DNA of 64,000 nt from Azolla caroliniana (GCA_043228905.1 JBHGNT010000012.1:7378001-7442000); one strand, 5' to 3'. Counted from the stretch's first letter, positions 11,011 to 24,889 are shown. Translations and numbers: made by a program. The notes: generated from the letters alone by a model not told the origin.

Positions 11011-14000
11011 ATGAAGGTAAGTATGTAATCCCTTTTTGTTTTTTGCATTCTCCTCCTTCCTTCCTTTGTTTGTTTTGTTTTTTCTTTGCACTGTTAAGAC
11101 ATGTCGTTTTCTGACAGCGTCTCTTACAGCGTGTCTATAGGGCACATAGTCTCAGAATGCTGTCTGGCTTCTCCTCACAGACAGTGGTTAATTCGGCTAA
11201 AAAGAATCAAGGATTAAATGATGTCATTGCTGTCGCCTCCGGTAAAGGTGGAGTTGGGAAGTCCACAACAGCAGGTGAGGTTCTACCTGTTTTTCTTCCT
11301 CTTCTTTAAATGGAATTTGAGCTAGTACTTGTTTTTTCTCCCAATGGAAAAAACTCTTGTTTCATGGTTTGGGAAAATTACTTAGAAATCCCTGTTTTTG
11401 TTTTTCTATGAAAAAAACTTGATATTTTATGAGAATCACCGAAATATGTATTGCTACACATACAATAAATTCAAGAAGTAAGCATCTCCTTTTTTCCGAA
11501 GGTACCTATATATATGCTTGCGCAAAGTCAGAGTCTCCTAATCATGTGAAAATAAAAGACTACACATATGATTCAGGAGTTTTCAAAGGAAGTATAGGGC
11601 ATATGATTTATTTAGTTTATACATTCGCTTCATTAGTCTCATAATCAGGATTGAAGATACTCTATTGACTTATTCTTCCAATGATATCACTTAACTTAAC
11701 ATCTAATTGAAACTGCTTTTGGTTAAGATTAATACTTAATCGAAGTTGTTTCTAGTTTTCTGAAACAGTGCAACCTGAAAATCTTTGGAATATTCCAATT
11801 AATGCATTCCTACACTAAATCTAGTAACTGGAAATACTCATTCTTTAGCTATTGCTTAAGAAATAATTATGTGTGTAATCCTAATTTTCATGAGATTAGG
11901 AATGCCAACTTTGACTAAGCACATGCATATGTGTGTGTGTGTGTAGTTTAATCTTGTACGAAGCAAGCTCATATTCTGAATTTCATACAGCTATAAGCAT
12001 ATTTAGGTAATTTTCCTTTTTGTTTTGGGGATGTAACATCTTCTTTGTCTCTATGACCTTGTTTGATTATTAAACAGGTCTGTAACTTAATTCATAAGCC
12101 ACATTCGCACAAACAATCCCCAGCTTGTGCATAGCCATTGATTTCTAAGCTTGACCATCTCAAACGTTTGCATCGTTCTTTGATTAGTGTCTATATTATT
12201 GGTACCCCTTCTAGTATATGGTAAGTTTACGACCCTCCCAATAAATTCAATCCACAATTTTCTATAACACATCAAAGAATTTACTTTACATCCCAATCCA
12301 TTGACATGAATGATACACATTGAGAATGTAATTATTGTTCTGAGCTCATAAACCATAGCACTGTCATTATGTACGATGACGTGTACCTTGGGATCCTTTG
12401 ATTGTAACCATTCAACCAACGGAAGAGGCTGTTAGAAATATTGAGAATCAATTAGATAGGTATATATAGTTACAATCACAGAGATGGATATATGAAAACA
12501 AAACTTCTATTACATATGAGAGTAGCTCACAGTGGTAGTTCACCCATGCGCTCACACCTTAGAGCTTAGATGGGATCTGGACCAGCTCACTACAAAATTA
12601 GTGGGGATTGATGATCATCACACCACTGTGTTGAGAGAGTGGATTATAATCTCTGTTTGGTCTAAGTGTAACATTAAATGTGCATGTCAGTTGATAGTAG
12701 TGGATATATTCCTTTTCTATCAACTAACTTGTCATTTAATATGACCCAGCTCCCTAGATACAAGCTAGTGCTAGATAGTACTTATCTTAAAGTCAATGGC
12801 ACATACTTCAAGACTAAGTACATCATAACTTGCCCACAAAATATTCTTCTAGTTGACTTGATTAGCCAATCCTATTAGCCTACTTCGAACTTTCCTAAAT
12901 ACATTGTGTCCTACGCATCTACGGCTTCTTAGATTGACACCTTATTTACCCATATGGTCGAGTTGCACAATAGCTACTCCTCATTTGGGGTGTTATCACA
13001 AAATGTGCATTCTAAGAATACATATGGGGATAGATTTAAAAACTTGGGGTTGATCATTGATTATATCTAACAAAGCATACACGCAAACTCTTGATCTAAA
13101 CAAGAGTTGTTGCAAGTTGTGGGGATAAGCTCTACCCCTTCAGATTAATCCAGGTTTGAGAGAAGGGTGTAGCCTAAAGACCCCAAGGGATATAGCATAG
13201 TAAAGATTTATCATTACAAAATGTGGGTTGATACAATGATTTTGGTCTAACCATAGCTGTTAAAAATGTGTATTCTATGTTTAGAACACATTTTAGAATA
13301 CTCTGAAGTATTCTACACTTATTCTACATTTAGAACTGCCATTTTCTAACATTTCACATATTCTACATATTTGACGTATTTAATGAACATTTAGTGTTTC
13401 CAAATAACTAAAATTTGAAAAAGTTTAACTTTTAAAAATGATTTAACGTATTTTACATGTATTCTATGTATTCAATGTCTTTTATCTATAGAATATGTAT
13501 TCTAAGTATTTAAAAAAGGTAGAATACTTTTAGAATACTTAGCATAGGTATTCTACCGTATTATATGCTAAGTATTCTACAACAATGGGTGTAACCAAGA
13601 ATTTGCACAATTTGTCTCAGTAACAGGGTTGATTGGAAAAATATAGTCACTGTACAATTGCCCCCCTACAACGAAATATCTGTTATTGCCATCACCCATT
13701 ACATATTTATTATTAGCATTGGCTGTTAATGGGAAATGCTATTGTTTTTGCTGTTCAGGGGCAAATTGTTAGTGTGCATGAATCATGATCACGAACTAAA
13801 ATTGTTAAAATTCATGAAGCCCATCTTTTGAGTCTTGAACCCACAGCTTTGAGATGGAAATGACCGCAACATCATGTTTATATTTTATAGTTTTCGAATC
13901 TCAGTATGGTATCCATTGGAAGCTTTAAAAATAATTTGAATGGAGATATAAAATCTCTTGTTTAATCTTGTGCTTGAGTATGTAATGTCTTGTTCCATAC

Positions 14001-17000
14001 TTAATGGCCAGTTGACCTTGTACTCATTGATCCTAACATGGATTAGATTCTGTCAGCAAAAACTAAAAAAACCCCTCTGTCCTAATTAATTCAGAGCGTC
14101 ATACATTTAAGCCCCCCCAGACAACTTTTGACAATAGTTATACATATGTACTATATTCTTCACACTTGCATCTCGGCTGGAGTTGTTCTATATATGTACT
14201 ATATTCTGCAGTAGTAGCCTGGTTAATTAATGCATAAACTTTATATCTTTCAGTGAATTTGGCTGTAGCGTTGGCTTTGAAGTGTGAAATGGAAGTTGGT
14301 CTTCTAGATGCCGATGTTTATGGACCTTCCATTCCCACCTTGATGAAGCTTAAAGGAAAACCTGCAGTAGATTCAGGTTTGTTCTGCTAGTTTTTCAGGA
14401 AACCAATCACGTTAGGCCAGCAATTCACATCTTCTATGAGGTTCTTCAGATTCAAAGATGATTCCTTTGGAAAACTATGGAGTGAAATGCATGTCAATGG
14501 GTTTCTTAATGGAGAAAGATGCACCTGTTGTCTGGAGAGGTCCAATGGTAAGTATTAAAGGTGAACAGTTCCATTTTGCTCTAAACTTTCGTCTTTTGAG
14601 AACAAAATGAAACTATCGTATCTTTTGGACCTACTTATGAAGACATTTAGGTTGTTTTGGGCAGGGAGAACTTCCACGCATAATAATGATCTCTAGTGGC
14701 TGTTACTTATAGTTCTTTAAATTGCATAGACATCCACTAATTTTATGGTCTACTAGGTAGCTACTTGATGTTAAAGCCATTCTGTATGTATTTTAGATAA
14801 GTAAGGAATTCACATGACCTGTTCAAATGAGGAACATGCATTCAAAGCTGATTTAGACAATTGACCAAAACAAATAATGAATGTGAGTGCTTGCTATAAA
14901 ATGTGAGCTTGAATTAGTCCATTTTCCTTTTATGGATCAAAAAACTGCATGCTATATACATGTGGCTGTAAAACTGAAGATCTGAAAACATAGAGAGGAG
15001 GAATCTTTTGTTTTCTATGATCAGTTGAGAGTATGCAGTGTCTGTTCCACATTACTGCTGTATTTTTTGAAGCTGGGTTTATCAAATCTGGAAGAAAGCA
15101 TTGGCAGTCACTCATAATGTCCGTGATGCAGGTTATGAGTGCTTTAGAAAAGCTGATTAGAGGAGTCCGTTGGGGTGACATTGATGTAATGGTTGTAGAC
15201 ATGCCACCCGGTACTGGTGATGCACAGATTTCAATATCTCAGCGACTGCAACTTTCAGGTAGTTAGCTTGATTATGTGAGTGACGTGGTTATATAGCCCA
15301 ACACTGAAACCCTAAAATATGTTTCGTATAATTACATGCATCCTGTTCAATATGTTTTATGCTTGCTAAATTCAGGTTTTCCCACTTTTTCTTCATAATT
15401 CAAAGCCTCAAATTCTACCTCAGAGGTTCCGACAGGTGTCACGTAGATGCGGATCAGATCCGTGCATGCCTAGTCAGAGCCTCTGGGGTTCTAGAGTAGG
15501 AGATGGTCAAAATTCAAGAAGAAGAATTGGGCTAAATGAAAGAGATATTGAAAGATTAGGGTAAGGAGCATAGCATAGGCTAGAGAGATTTGAATCTGAG
15601 ACCTTTGTATAAAGTCAATAGGGTGACTACAAGAACAACTTGCTGTCACATAAGAAGTGGAGAGAAGTGAACCCTTTGTATATTTATTTAGATTGATGTT
15701 ATATAAAATAGTAAAAATCCTTTTTAACTTTTCTTTCCCCCCTTCACCTCATAATGAGGTGCCCTGTGCCCTTATATGGGGTTACCCATGCGGTCAAAGC
15801 TAAGCATGTGACTTGGTGCTCATGCTTTAACCTTCCCATGCACTAAGGGGCCGAGCATATGCTGCTGTTACACGTCCTTGCTTTAGCTTGCACTTCTTTG
15901 TCTTTATTTAATTTCCTGTGCGAAAAGTATTCAATATATAGTTGGTTACTGTATGGGTATTTACATTGCTTCATAATTTGTAAGTACAAGTTTGATCGTG
16001 TTGTCTCAAAAATTACATTTTTTATGCACAACATCGATTAATTTTTAATATTATTCTTTTGTACACTCCATTGCAACTGGATTCTATCATTGATTTAGAG
16101 GTGGTGCACACAGTGGGCTGTAGGCAACCTGACACCGGAGTTATGCATCATAGATCACACCCTATGATGGATATTTTTGGAAACAATTTCCAATTCCTAG
16201 TAATTATGCACTGAACCGGATTGGTGTCAGATGGCCATGAGTACATATAGTCAATCAATTTAGTTTTAGAAAGCTAGGGTAAAATGATATTCTGTTACTT
16301 ACATTGATGAATTAACATAAACAATTGTATTTTTTGGTAAGTCTCATTAGCCATTATGGTCTCTTAGAGACATAAATATATATATTTTTCCTTGTACTTT
16401 AATATCTTCTCGTTCATTTTCGGCCTAGACACTGTAGCATGGAACTGCAACAGAGGGCCGTGGTCAGTTCCAAGAGGCAGAATGGAGGCGCTGAAAGGGA
16501 GAGATTAAATTTCTCACAGAAATACATATGAGACAACAGTTGAAACTCATTGATACTGCAGCATGGAACTGCAAGAGGTGGCTGTGGTCAATTCCAAGAG
16601 GCAGAATGGATGTGCTGAAAGGGAGAGATCAAATTTCTCACAAAAATACTTATGAGACAAAAGAAAAGATTGATGTCTATTAAATGTTCCAAGGGGATTT
16701 AGCCTTTAGAGGTCACAAGGGGCGAGGGACAAGAAGAATATTAGGGTGTCCTTTATCAAAACTAAAGTGTTTTTAAACCAAAAAACTAGAATCATGTTTC
16801 TTTGTGCCTGGCAACCTAATTTTTTAGATGCCATTTTTAAGTGCTACTAACCTTTATATTGCTTAGTTTATATGTTTCTCATGATCGAACACTTACCTAG
16901 GCATACACATGACCCAACACATAGCTAGGAGTAATATTCACAAGGCCTCATTTCTCCTTATGGGAGGCTGCATATGAGTGACTAACTTTGGGAGCTCCCT

Positions 17001-20000
17001 AAATGAAGGTACTCAATGTCGACACTTATGTGATCAAAATAACTTGTTGAACACGGAGATAAACATGGTTGGTTTGTTGAAATGCAACAACGATTCACTC
17101 TTATATGAACATGCATTTATCCCATGCATTGTGGAATGTGATAGGGCAGTTGTGGACCTCCTCACATCAGTTAGAGATTAAGGTAGGCAGATATGCATGC
17201 ATGCACACCTCTAGAAGAAAGAATTTGCCATTTGTGTCATCAAGGAATGGAATCTGAAGAGCATTATGTCTGCCACTAAACTGTTTTTGATGAAATAAGG
17301 GGGAGATACCATTGCCTCTTTAACCAAGGCTTTGATCCACTACAGAAGGTAATGACACCAGGAGAAGTTGTTGAAAGACAAGAAGACAACCACTCAAGCT
17401 CATTAGCAAAGATCAATCACAACGTTCTTTAGCCCCATCACTCCTACTCATGCTATAAGTCAATCAAGGGCTATAATATCCCAACCAGGACATTGCAAAG
17501 GGTTTACAAAAGATCGGGCAAGAACAATTTTTCGTGAACTTAGGCCCTGGCTTTATGTACCACAATATCTCTACCCTTGTCATCAACAGATAAAGGCCAT
17601 TATTTCCCACCATTGCAAGTACTTCCCTTGCTTCGGAGATCTCTCCATTCTGGATCATCCTATGCTAGAGATCATTTGAAGTCAAATTTACATTTTATTG
17701 GACTTGGGAATCTGATGTGTATAGATAACAGGATTCTTTAGTCACTTCTATTCTTAGTTACTTTTTTACATAGTTACATTATTTTGGATTGTTCTCAAAG
17801 ATGAGATAGCATTTTAAGATGTAATCTCTTGTTTGGCCTTATAAACCATTTTGGCCTCTTAAAAAAGATGTTAATATATCGTTTTTTCACAAGTTTGAAT
17901 GTATTAAGCCATACGGGTAAATTTTTTGTAGAAAAAGACAAGGATCTAGACTAACTCTCATACAACAAGACCACTTAGAAGACTTCAGGAAATATAGTAG
18001 ATTAGGAAAAACGAGCACTGATTACAAAGATGTAGAATGGTTTATATAACCAGTTTCTACAGGACTTATAGACCCAACAGTCACACTATTATAACTATAT
18101 TCACACCTAACAACTACTTAACTAGGTTCAAACTATTCTAAGTGTGTTCACTCCCAACAGTTACTTAACTAGGTTCACACTATTATAACAATGTTCACAC
18201 CAAATCTTTCATAGGATACACGTTAAGTGTAACAAACCCCCCTGAAGTGAATGGTGTGGACTTGAATGTGGTCACTATCTAGGTGTTGGAAGAATCCCCA
18301 ATTCCTTGCGGAAATATTCAAACTTTTCTCTTGATAGAGCCTTGGTGAAAATGTCTGCAACATTTTCATGAGTTGGTACATAGACCAAGTTTATCTCTTT
18401 AGCATGGAACTGCTCCCTCACATAGTGATAGTGCACCTCAATGTGTTTTGTTCGTGCATGGAAGACGGGATTTCTTGCAATAGCCAAAGCACTTTGACTA
18501 TCTGTAAATATACAAGTAGGAGATGGTTGCTCAAGTGACAAATCAGACAATAATCTCCTGAGCCAAACACATTCTATTGTGGTGCTGAATGCTGCTCTAT
18601 ATTCAGCTTCACAACTTGATGTTGCCACTGTTGGCTGCTTCTTGCCAAGCCAGGATTCACAGGAATTGCCGATCATGAGACAATTGCCTCTATGTGAGAC
18701 ACGAGTGTCGCAGCAGCCAGCCCAATCACTATCAGTGAAGGCTGTTAAAGTAGATGAATTTCCTTCTCCATAGAAGAGGCTGAAATCCATAGTGCCTTTG
18801 AGGTAACGGAAAACTCTCTTGGCTGCTTGCCAATGCTTTGTTCCAAGGCTGTGCATAAACCTGCTTAATTGCGAAATGGCATATTGAATATCAGGTCGCG
18901 TGTTGCACAAAAATATCAAACAACCTACAGCTTGCTGGTATAAGAGAACATCAGTTGGTTCTCCTTTGTCTTGGTATGAGAATTTGAATCCTGCTTCTAC
19001 AAGAGTGGAGATTGGCTTGCAGTCTTCAAACCTGAATCGTTGTAGGAGCTTCTCGATGTACTTTCGTTGACTGAGAAAAATTCCCCCCCCCAACAGTGAT
19101 AAATTGAATGCTGAGGTAGGAATGGAGATGACCAAGATTTGTAAGTTCAAATGTCTTACTAAGATCAGCTTTAAAATCTGCAATTTCTTGCTCATCAGGT
19201 CCTATGATTAGCAAATCATCAACATAAAGCACAACAATTAGTAATTTTTCTCCATCCTTTCGGAAATAGAGAGTGCTTTCAGTTGGGCTATTGACAAAAC
19301 TGAGTTGAAGAAGATGAGCATGAATCTTTGCATTCCACGCTCGAGGTGCTTGCTTCAAGCCGTACAAAGCTTTAAGTAACCTGCAAACTTTAGTTTTTGC
19401 ACCTTTAATGATAAAACCTGGAGGTTGAGCTACATAAACCTCTTCTTCTAAATCTTCATTTAAGAAGGTGGTTTTAATGTCTAATTGGTGAACCTTCCAT
19501 CCCTTAATTGCTGTTGCAGCAACTGTAGCTCTGATTGTAGTCATCTTTGAAGTGGGGGCGAAGGTTTCTTCATAGTCTATCCCCTCTTTTTGGGAACAGC
19601 CTTTTGCCACAGGTCTTGCTTTAAAACGACCAATGCTTCCATCCGCATTATGCTTGACTTTGTAAATCCACTTGGTGGCAATTGCTTTTCTACCTTTAGG
19701 TAGATTACATAACTCCCAAGTGTTGTTCTTGTAGATGGACCCAAGTTCTGATTTCATGGCTTCAACCCAACGGTCATGTGCTAATGCATCCTTAAGAGAG
19801 AGTGGTTCCTCATCACAAATTTCAGCGATAAGAGCATGATGCACATAATGCAGTTCAGCTTGCTGACTAGTTGCCCGGGTTTTACCTTGAAGAGGAAACT
19901 TGAGTTTACTGTCCATAAGGGTGTTAATCAGCCATTTAGGAACTGTTCTTGCTTCCTGTGAGGAGTCTTGTTCTTCCTCCAATTCCATGTCAAGATCATG

Positions 20001-23000
20001 TGGGCTAATGACCTGTAAGTCAGCATTATCAGCAACAATGTTTGGTTGCTCATTTTCAACCACATTGGGCTGTTGCAAGAGATCAATTTGAGTATTGCTT
20101 GGTAGCTCTACATCTCTGTTTGGAGCGTGTTGTTGCTGATGCAAAACCTGCACATTACCTCCATGAGTTTGGGTTAGTCGATCACCATCAAACACAACAT
20201 TTTGGAGCAATGGTAACAAAGTATCAAATGCATCTGGTTGATCAACAATTGGCTCTTTGGAGCAATCCACAAGTGGTTGAGTTGCATTTTCAGCAAATAT
20301 CACATCCCCGCTGATGATGATCTTACCTGTAGTGGGCTGAAACAATCGATAACCTTTGCTTTCTTTGCTGTAGCCAACAAATATGCATTTTGTTGCTTTG
20401 TCTTGAAGCTTATGGCGTTGCTGTGGTGGCACAAATGCATAAACCAAACTTCCAAAGATTCTCATGTGTCCAACATTTGGCTTGTGACCAGTCCAAGCCT
20501 CATACGGAGTGATAGTTGTTTTTGCTTTTGTGGGGCATCTATTCAAAACATAGTTTGCACACATTACAGCTTCTAACCAAAACTTATGAGGTAGCTTCTT
20601 ACCGTTGAGCATGCATCTTGACATCTCCATGAGAGATCTATTCTTTCTCTCAGCCAAACCATTTTGTTGTGGTGTGTATGGAGTGGTGCATTGATGAATA
20701 ATACCTCTATCCTTCAAGAAAGCATTGAACTCGTGAGACATGTACTCACCCCCTCTATCGGTGCGAAGAGTAATGAGTTTGTGATTGCTAAGATTTTCAG
20801 CAAGGTGTAAGAATTCTTTGAAGCATGAAAAGACATTAGATTTCTCCTTCAAAGGATATACCCAAGTGTGTCAGGTAGCATCATCAATGAATGTAAGAAA
20901 ATAAAGATAACCTCCAATTGATGGTGTCCTCATTGGGCCGCATACAACACTATGTACAAGTTGAAGCTTGTGTGTTGCCGAAACATTTGCATCTTTTGGA
21001 AATGAAAACCTGTGCATCTTTCCTAGAATACAGCCCTCACAAACATGATCAGATGGTACATGAATGGAAGGAAGATTGCATACCATGTCATGCTTGCTAA
21101 GCCGTGCAAGGCTGCTAAAATTTAAATGGCCGAACCGAGCATGCCATAGTTCAGAATTGCTTTGTGTTTGGGCATCCACCACTAATGCATTTTGGTCATC
21201 AAATTTCTGATATATGTCAAGCTTGTAAAGGTTGTTGAACAAACTACTTGTTATGACAATGATATCGCCCTTTGTACAATCATGTACTGTGCATTTGTCA
21301 TAGAGAAAATGGACAGGGTATCCATGCATAGCAATGGCAGAAACAGAAAGAAGGTTTTTCTTTATGCCAGGGACATAGAGAACATTGTTCAAGGTGACTG
21401 CATCCCCATTGACAGCTGTAATATGAACTTGACCAATGCCTTTTATGATGTAAGAAGCATTATTGGCACAAGTAACGATGCCCGCATTATGACAAGCATC
21501 TTCAAGTGTGACAAAGAAATTTTTGCAAGAAGTTATGTGTTTAGAAGCACTGCTATCAAAATACCAAGCATCCGTAGAGTCACTTACCAATAAACATACG
21601 TCATCCTATGAGGGATCATACATTGTATGTATCGAGAATACCCACTCATGCTGAGCGATGTGTGCTTCTACCTTCGTACCAGTAGAGGTGGTAACATTAA
21701 GACGAGACTGTTTTTTCTTCTCTTCACTAGCTTTCCTTTTTCGACATTCGCTAATGTCATGGCTTGGTTTACGACAATAATTGCACCTTATCTTCTTCTT
21801 CTCATCATGGAAAGTTGAGGCATCATTGCCTTTAGAAGGAAGGTTATTTTGTTTTCGTCCTTGTTGGCCTTTGAACTTGGAAGAGGTAACAAAGGCTTGA
21901 TCACCACTATTAAGAACATCACGATTTGCTTGAGATTAAAATTCCTGTAAGAGAAGGGAGATTAGCTCATCATGGAAAGTTGAGGCATCATTGCCTTTAG
22001 AAGGAAGGTTATTTTGTTTTCGTCCTTGTTGGCCTTTGAACTTGGAAGAGGTAACAAAGGCTTGATCACCACTATTAAGAACATCACGATTTGCTCGAGA
22101 TTGAAATTCTTGTAAGAGAAGGGAGATTAGCTCATCAAAGCTGAAGCTCTCTTTACCTCTTGTGAGAAGCCTTATTGTTGTGGCGAAGCCTTGATATGAA
22201 TCCGGAAGCGCGGCAAGAACGTTAGAAACTAGTTTTTTGTTTGAAATCACTTCATCAATGTTGAGTAGTTGTTCCTTGAAGTTCTTGATTTTTGTTAAGA
22301 ATGCGTCCATGGATTCACCTTCTTGCATCCTCGTTTCTTCAAGTTGTCGCTTAAGCATAGTGACTCTTGCTTCATTCCTTTGAGCATACAAGTTCTTTAA
22401 CACATCCCATGCACTTTTTGAGGTCGTGCAAGATCGGATATGTGGAACAATGTGACATTTGATTGATAATGCGATGAGAGCATGGGCTTGAGCATCCTTA
22501 CCATCCCACTTAAGTTGTGAAGAAGTGGATAGTTGAGTGGAGCTTGAAGCATTGTTCCTAAACGGGAAGGAGAGTTTGGAGAAGAACTTGAAGTTGGACG
22601 TTCATCGGATCTGATGACAATGTCCCATAGCTACTTTGCTACCAGTACATGTCTCATCATGTACGCCCACATAGGATAGTTAGTACCATCCAACTTGTCT
22701 TCAGCATTAAGCATACCGAAAATATTAGTTTGCTCAGCCATTGTAGAAGCAAGAAATATGGATGAGATATTGCAGTACTTGGTGGTTATATTCACCAAAA
22801 TGTACTAAAGCAATATAATATTGAAGCAATAGATGAGAGAAAAGAGTTAGTCTGATGTGTTGAAAACTTATTTTGTTGTGGTAAAAACTGGTTGTTGCAG
22901 TTGCTGTGCAGTTAGGGTTTGAGACTGCTACAAAATTTGTTTTGACTATACCTCCAAAAACAAAAATCTGATTTGGGTGTGCACGTAGTCAGAAGAATCA

Positions 23001-24889
23001 GCTTGTAATCTACCTTTTGAAAATGTGAAAATAGAGAAAGATCGCCTCTGTTGTAGCTTTCTGTTCAAACTTTTGTTGTTGTAGATGGAGAGGTTTGATG
23101 TCTTCTTAGGTGGGAAAAGATAAATAGAAAGTTCTGTGTATGCCTATTTGGAAGGATAGGATAGAGAAAGTAACCTAAACCAGCTCTGATACCATGTAGA
23201 AAAAGACAGGGATCTAGACTAACTCTCATACAACAAGACCACTTAGAAGACTTAAGGAAATATAGTAGATTAGGAAAAACGAGCACTGATTACAAAGATG
23301 TAGAATGGTTTATATAACCAGTTTCTACAGGACTTATAGACCCAACAGTCACACTATTATAACTATATTCACACCTAACAACTACTTAACTAGGTTCAAA
23401 CTATTCTAAGTGTGTTCACTCCCAACATTTACTTAACTAGGTTCACACTATTATAACAATGTTCACACCAAATCTTTCATAGGATACACGTTAAGTGTAA
23501 CATTTTTGTGCATAAGTAAAAGATTCAAGCTCTTTTATATTCTTTTAAGAATTGAAGGTTTTATACTAATGCTAAAATAAAGTGAGCAGACTGAATGTTC
23601 TGTCACTGCAATAGCCGCTAAATCTTTTCAGTGATTATGTCTCACAAAGATGGCCTGCAATACATTTACACAATTCTGTTTTCTTTATTATTCTTTCCTG
23701 CAACTTCTATAACTTCGCGATGGTGATAGCAGGAGCTATAATTGTTTCAACACCTCAAGATATTGCATTGATAGATGCTAGACGAGGTGCAAATATGTTT
23801 CAGAAAGTCCATGTACCTGTAAGGATCTGAACATTGAGTGCACTAAAATAATTTCATTTCGGTCTATTAATGGTTTTGATGTAAGAGTTCCTGATTTCTG
23901 TTTCTTTGCAATATGGAAAACTGAACTTGACATTGTTTTCTAAAAGATACTTGGGTTGATTGAGAACATGAGCTATTTTAAATGTCCTCATTGTGGAGAA
24001 CAATCAAACATTTTTGATACTGGTGGAGTTGAAGCAACTGCAAAGGAGATGAACTTTGAGCTGCTTGGAAAGGTAATGCAAACTGTTTTATGATCCCAGA
24101 AAGTCTATTGGTTACTTGGAAGTTCAATCAAGTCTGTTGTTTTTTAACTTTGAAGTTGTCTTTTATGCTTAACTAATTATTACCATCTATTTGCGGGTGC
24201 TCTTGATGCCTTCATACTTATTCCATTGATTAGGACAGTTTTAGGAAGTTAAAAATTGTAAAAAATTGCACAACCTTCATCTTTAATAGCATTAGATGAC
24301 CTATTATCTTTAGCTTATTGATAGTTGTGTTGAAGGAACTTGTGAATCTTAGGTCTGTCAAGCCTCACTTTTTTGGTGCATTTAATGAGTTAGCGCCTTA
24401 AACATCAAGGAATTGGATATTTCGTACCCGAAACTGTTAAAAAAAAGCTGAACTTGAATCAAACCAAACCGTTTAAACTGTTAAGCTATGGTTTTGCGGT
24501 TCAGTTTGGTTCAAACCGAACTGTTGCCGATTGTTAATTTGATCCTCAAAAGAGAAAATTCTAAATACAAGCAGGTACTACATGCTATTATACTGTTTTG
24601 TCTCACACAAAATGTTTTATATATTCCATGTAAAAAGGAAGATGGACGATGTTATTGTAGCTTATATAACTTGGAAATGATAGATTTTATTATAATGGTG
24701 TATTGATTCTTTTCTTTTGTTCAGATGCCACTGAACATAGAAATTAGAGAAACATCAGATGTTGGGAAGCCCATTGTTGTATCATGTCCGGAGAGTGAAG
24801 CTGCAAGCATATACAAGCAAATGGCACGCAGAATACAAACCAAGCTACAAGGTCAAAGAAGTGGAACTAATTATCCGATCATCAAATAA
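11011..24889 (+). CDS. IND1: Mitochondrial Mrp/NBP35-family P-loop Fe-S scaffold for complex I assembly (IND1/INDL/NUBPL), about 295 aa
   Basis: Exons 11011-11016, 11118-11274, 14254-14376, 14450-14547, 15132-15258, 23733-23818, 23947-24072, 24725-24889; phases consistent. Motifs [52 protein letters not shown]. Arg/Ser-rich N-terminus [15 protein letters not shown] resembles a mitochondrial presequence. Lacks the NBP35 N-terminal Cys motif. Confidence 0.92.
12430..13072. mobile_element. Probable old solo LTR in IND1 intron 2
   Basis: Ends TGTTAGAAATA...TATATCTAACA (10/11 inverted repeat). Flanks AGGC / AAGC match only partly. Confidence 0.45.
13252..13587. mobile_element. Degenerate hAT-type MITE in IND1 intron 2
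   Basis: 8-bp TSD GGTCTAAC (13244-13251) / GGTGTAAC (13588-13595). Imperfect TIRs CATAGCTGT / ACAACAATG. Dense GTATTCTA / TAGAATAC motifs in both orientations. Confidence 0.6.
16431..16660. repeat. Diverged direct duplication, period about 124 bp
   Basis: ACTG(T/C)AGCATGGAACTGCAA...TTCCAAGAGGCAGAATGGA...ATGAGACAA at 16431 and 16555. Confidence 0.8.
16900..17750 (+). mobile_element. 3' relic of an RTE-like LINE (C-terminal Cys/His region)
   Basis: About 17160-17355 reads [35 protein letters not shown]...[10 protein letters not shown] with frameshifts. Boundaries approximate. Confidence 0.6.
17927..23502 (-). mobile_element. Full-length Ty1/Copia LTR retrotransposon in IND1 intron 5, antisense to the host gene
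   Basis: 308-bp LTRs at 17927-18234 and 23195-23502 (TG..CA, 3 differences by eye). TSD TTTTT. PBS TGGTATCAGAGC (tRNA-iMet) at 23183-23194. PPT CAGGGGGG next to the 3' LTR. Domain order gag-PR-IN-RT-RH. Confidence 0.97.
18275..22741 (-). pseudogene. Disrupted Copia gag-pol polyprotein
   Basis: Starts [22 protein letters not shown]. Zn knuckle [10 protein letters not shown]; [10 protein letters not shown]; GAG-pre WHARFGH; IN TDRGGEY / PQQNGLAER; RT LYVDDLL; RNase H DSDWAG / TKHIEVHYH. Several stops and frameshifts. Confidence 0.9.

Noticed and set aside
12087-12419. Possible transposase relic ORF
   Set aside because: No motif strong enough to assign.
24425-24530. Fragment resembling the right end of the hAT MITE
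   Set aside because: Subterminal motifs only; no TIR pair or TSD.
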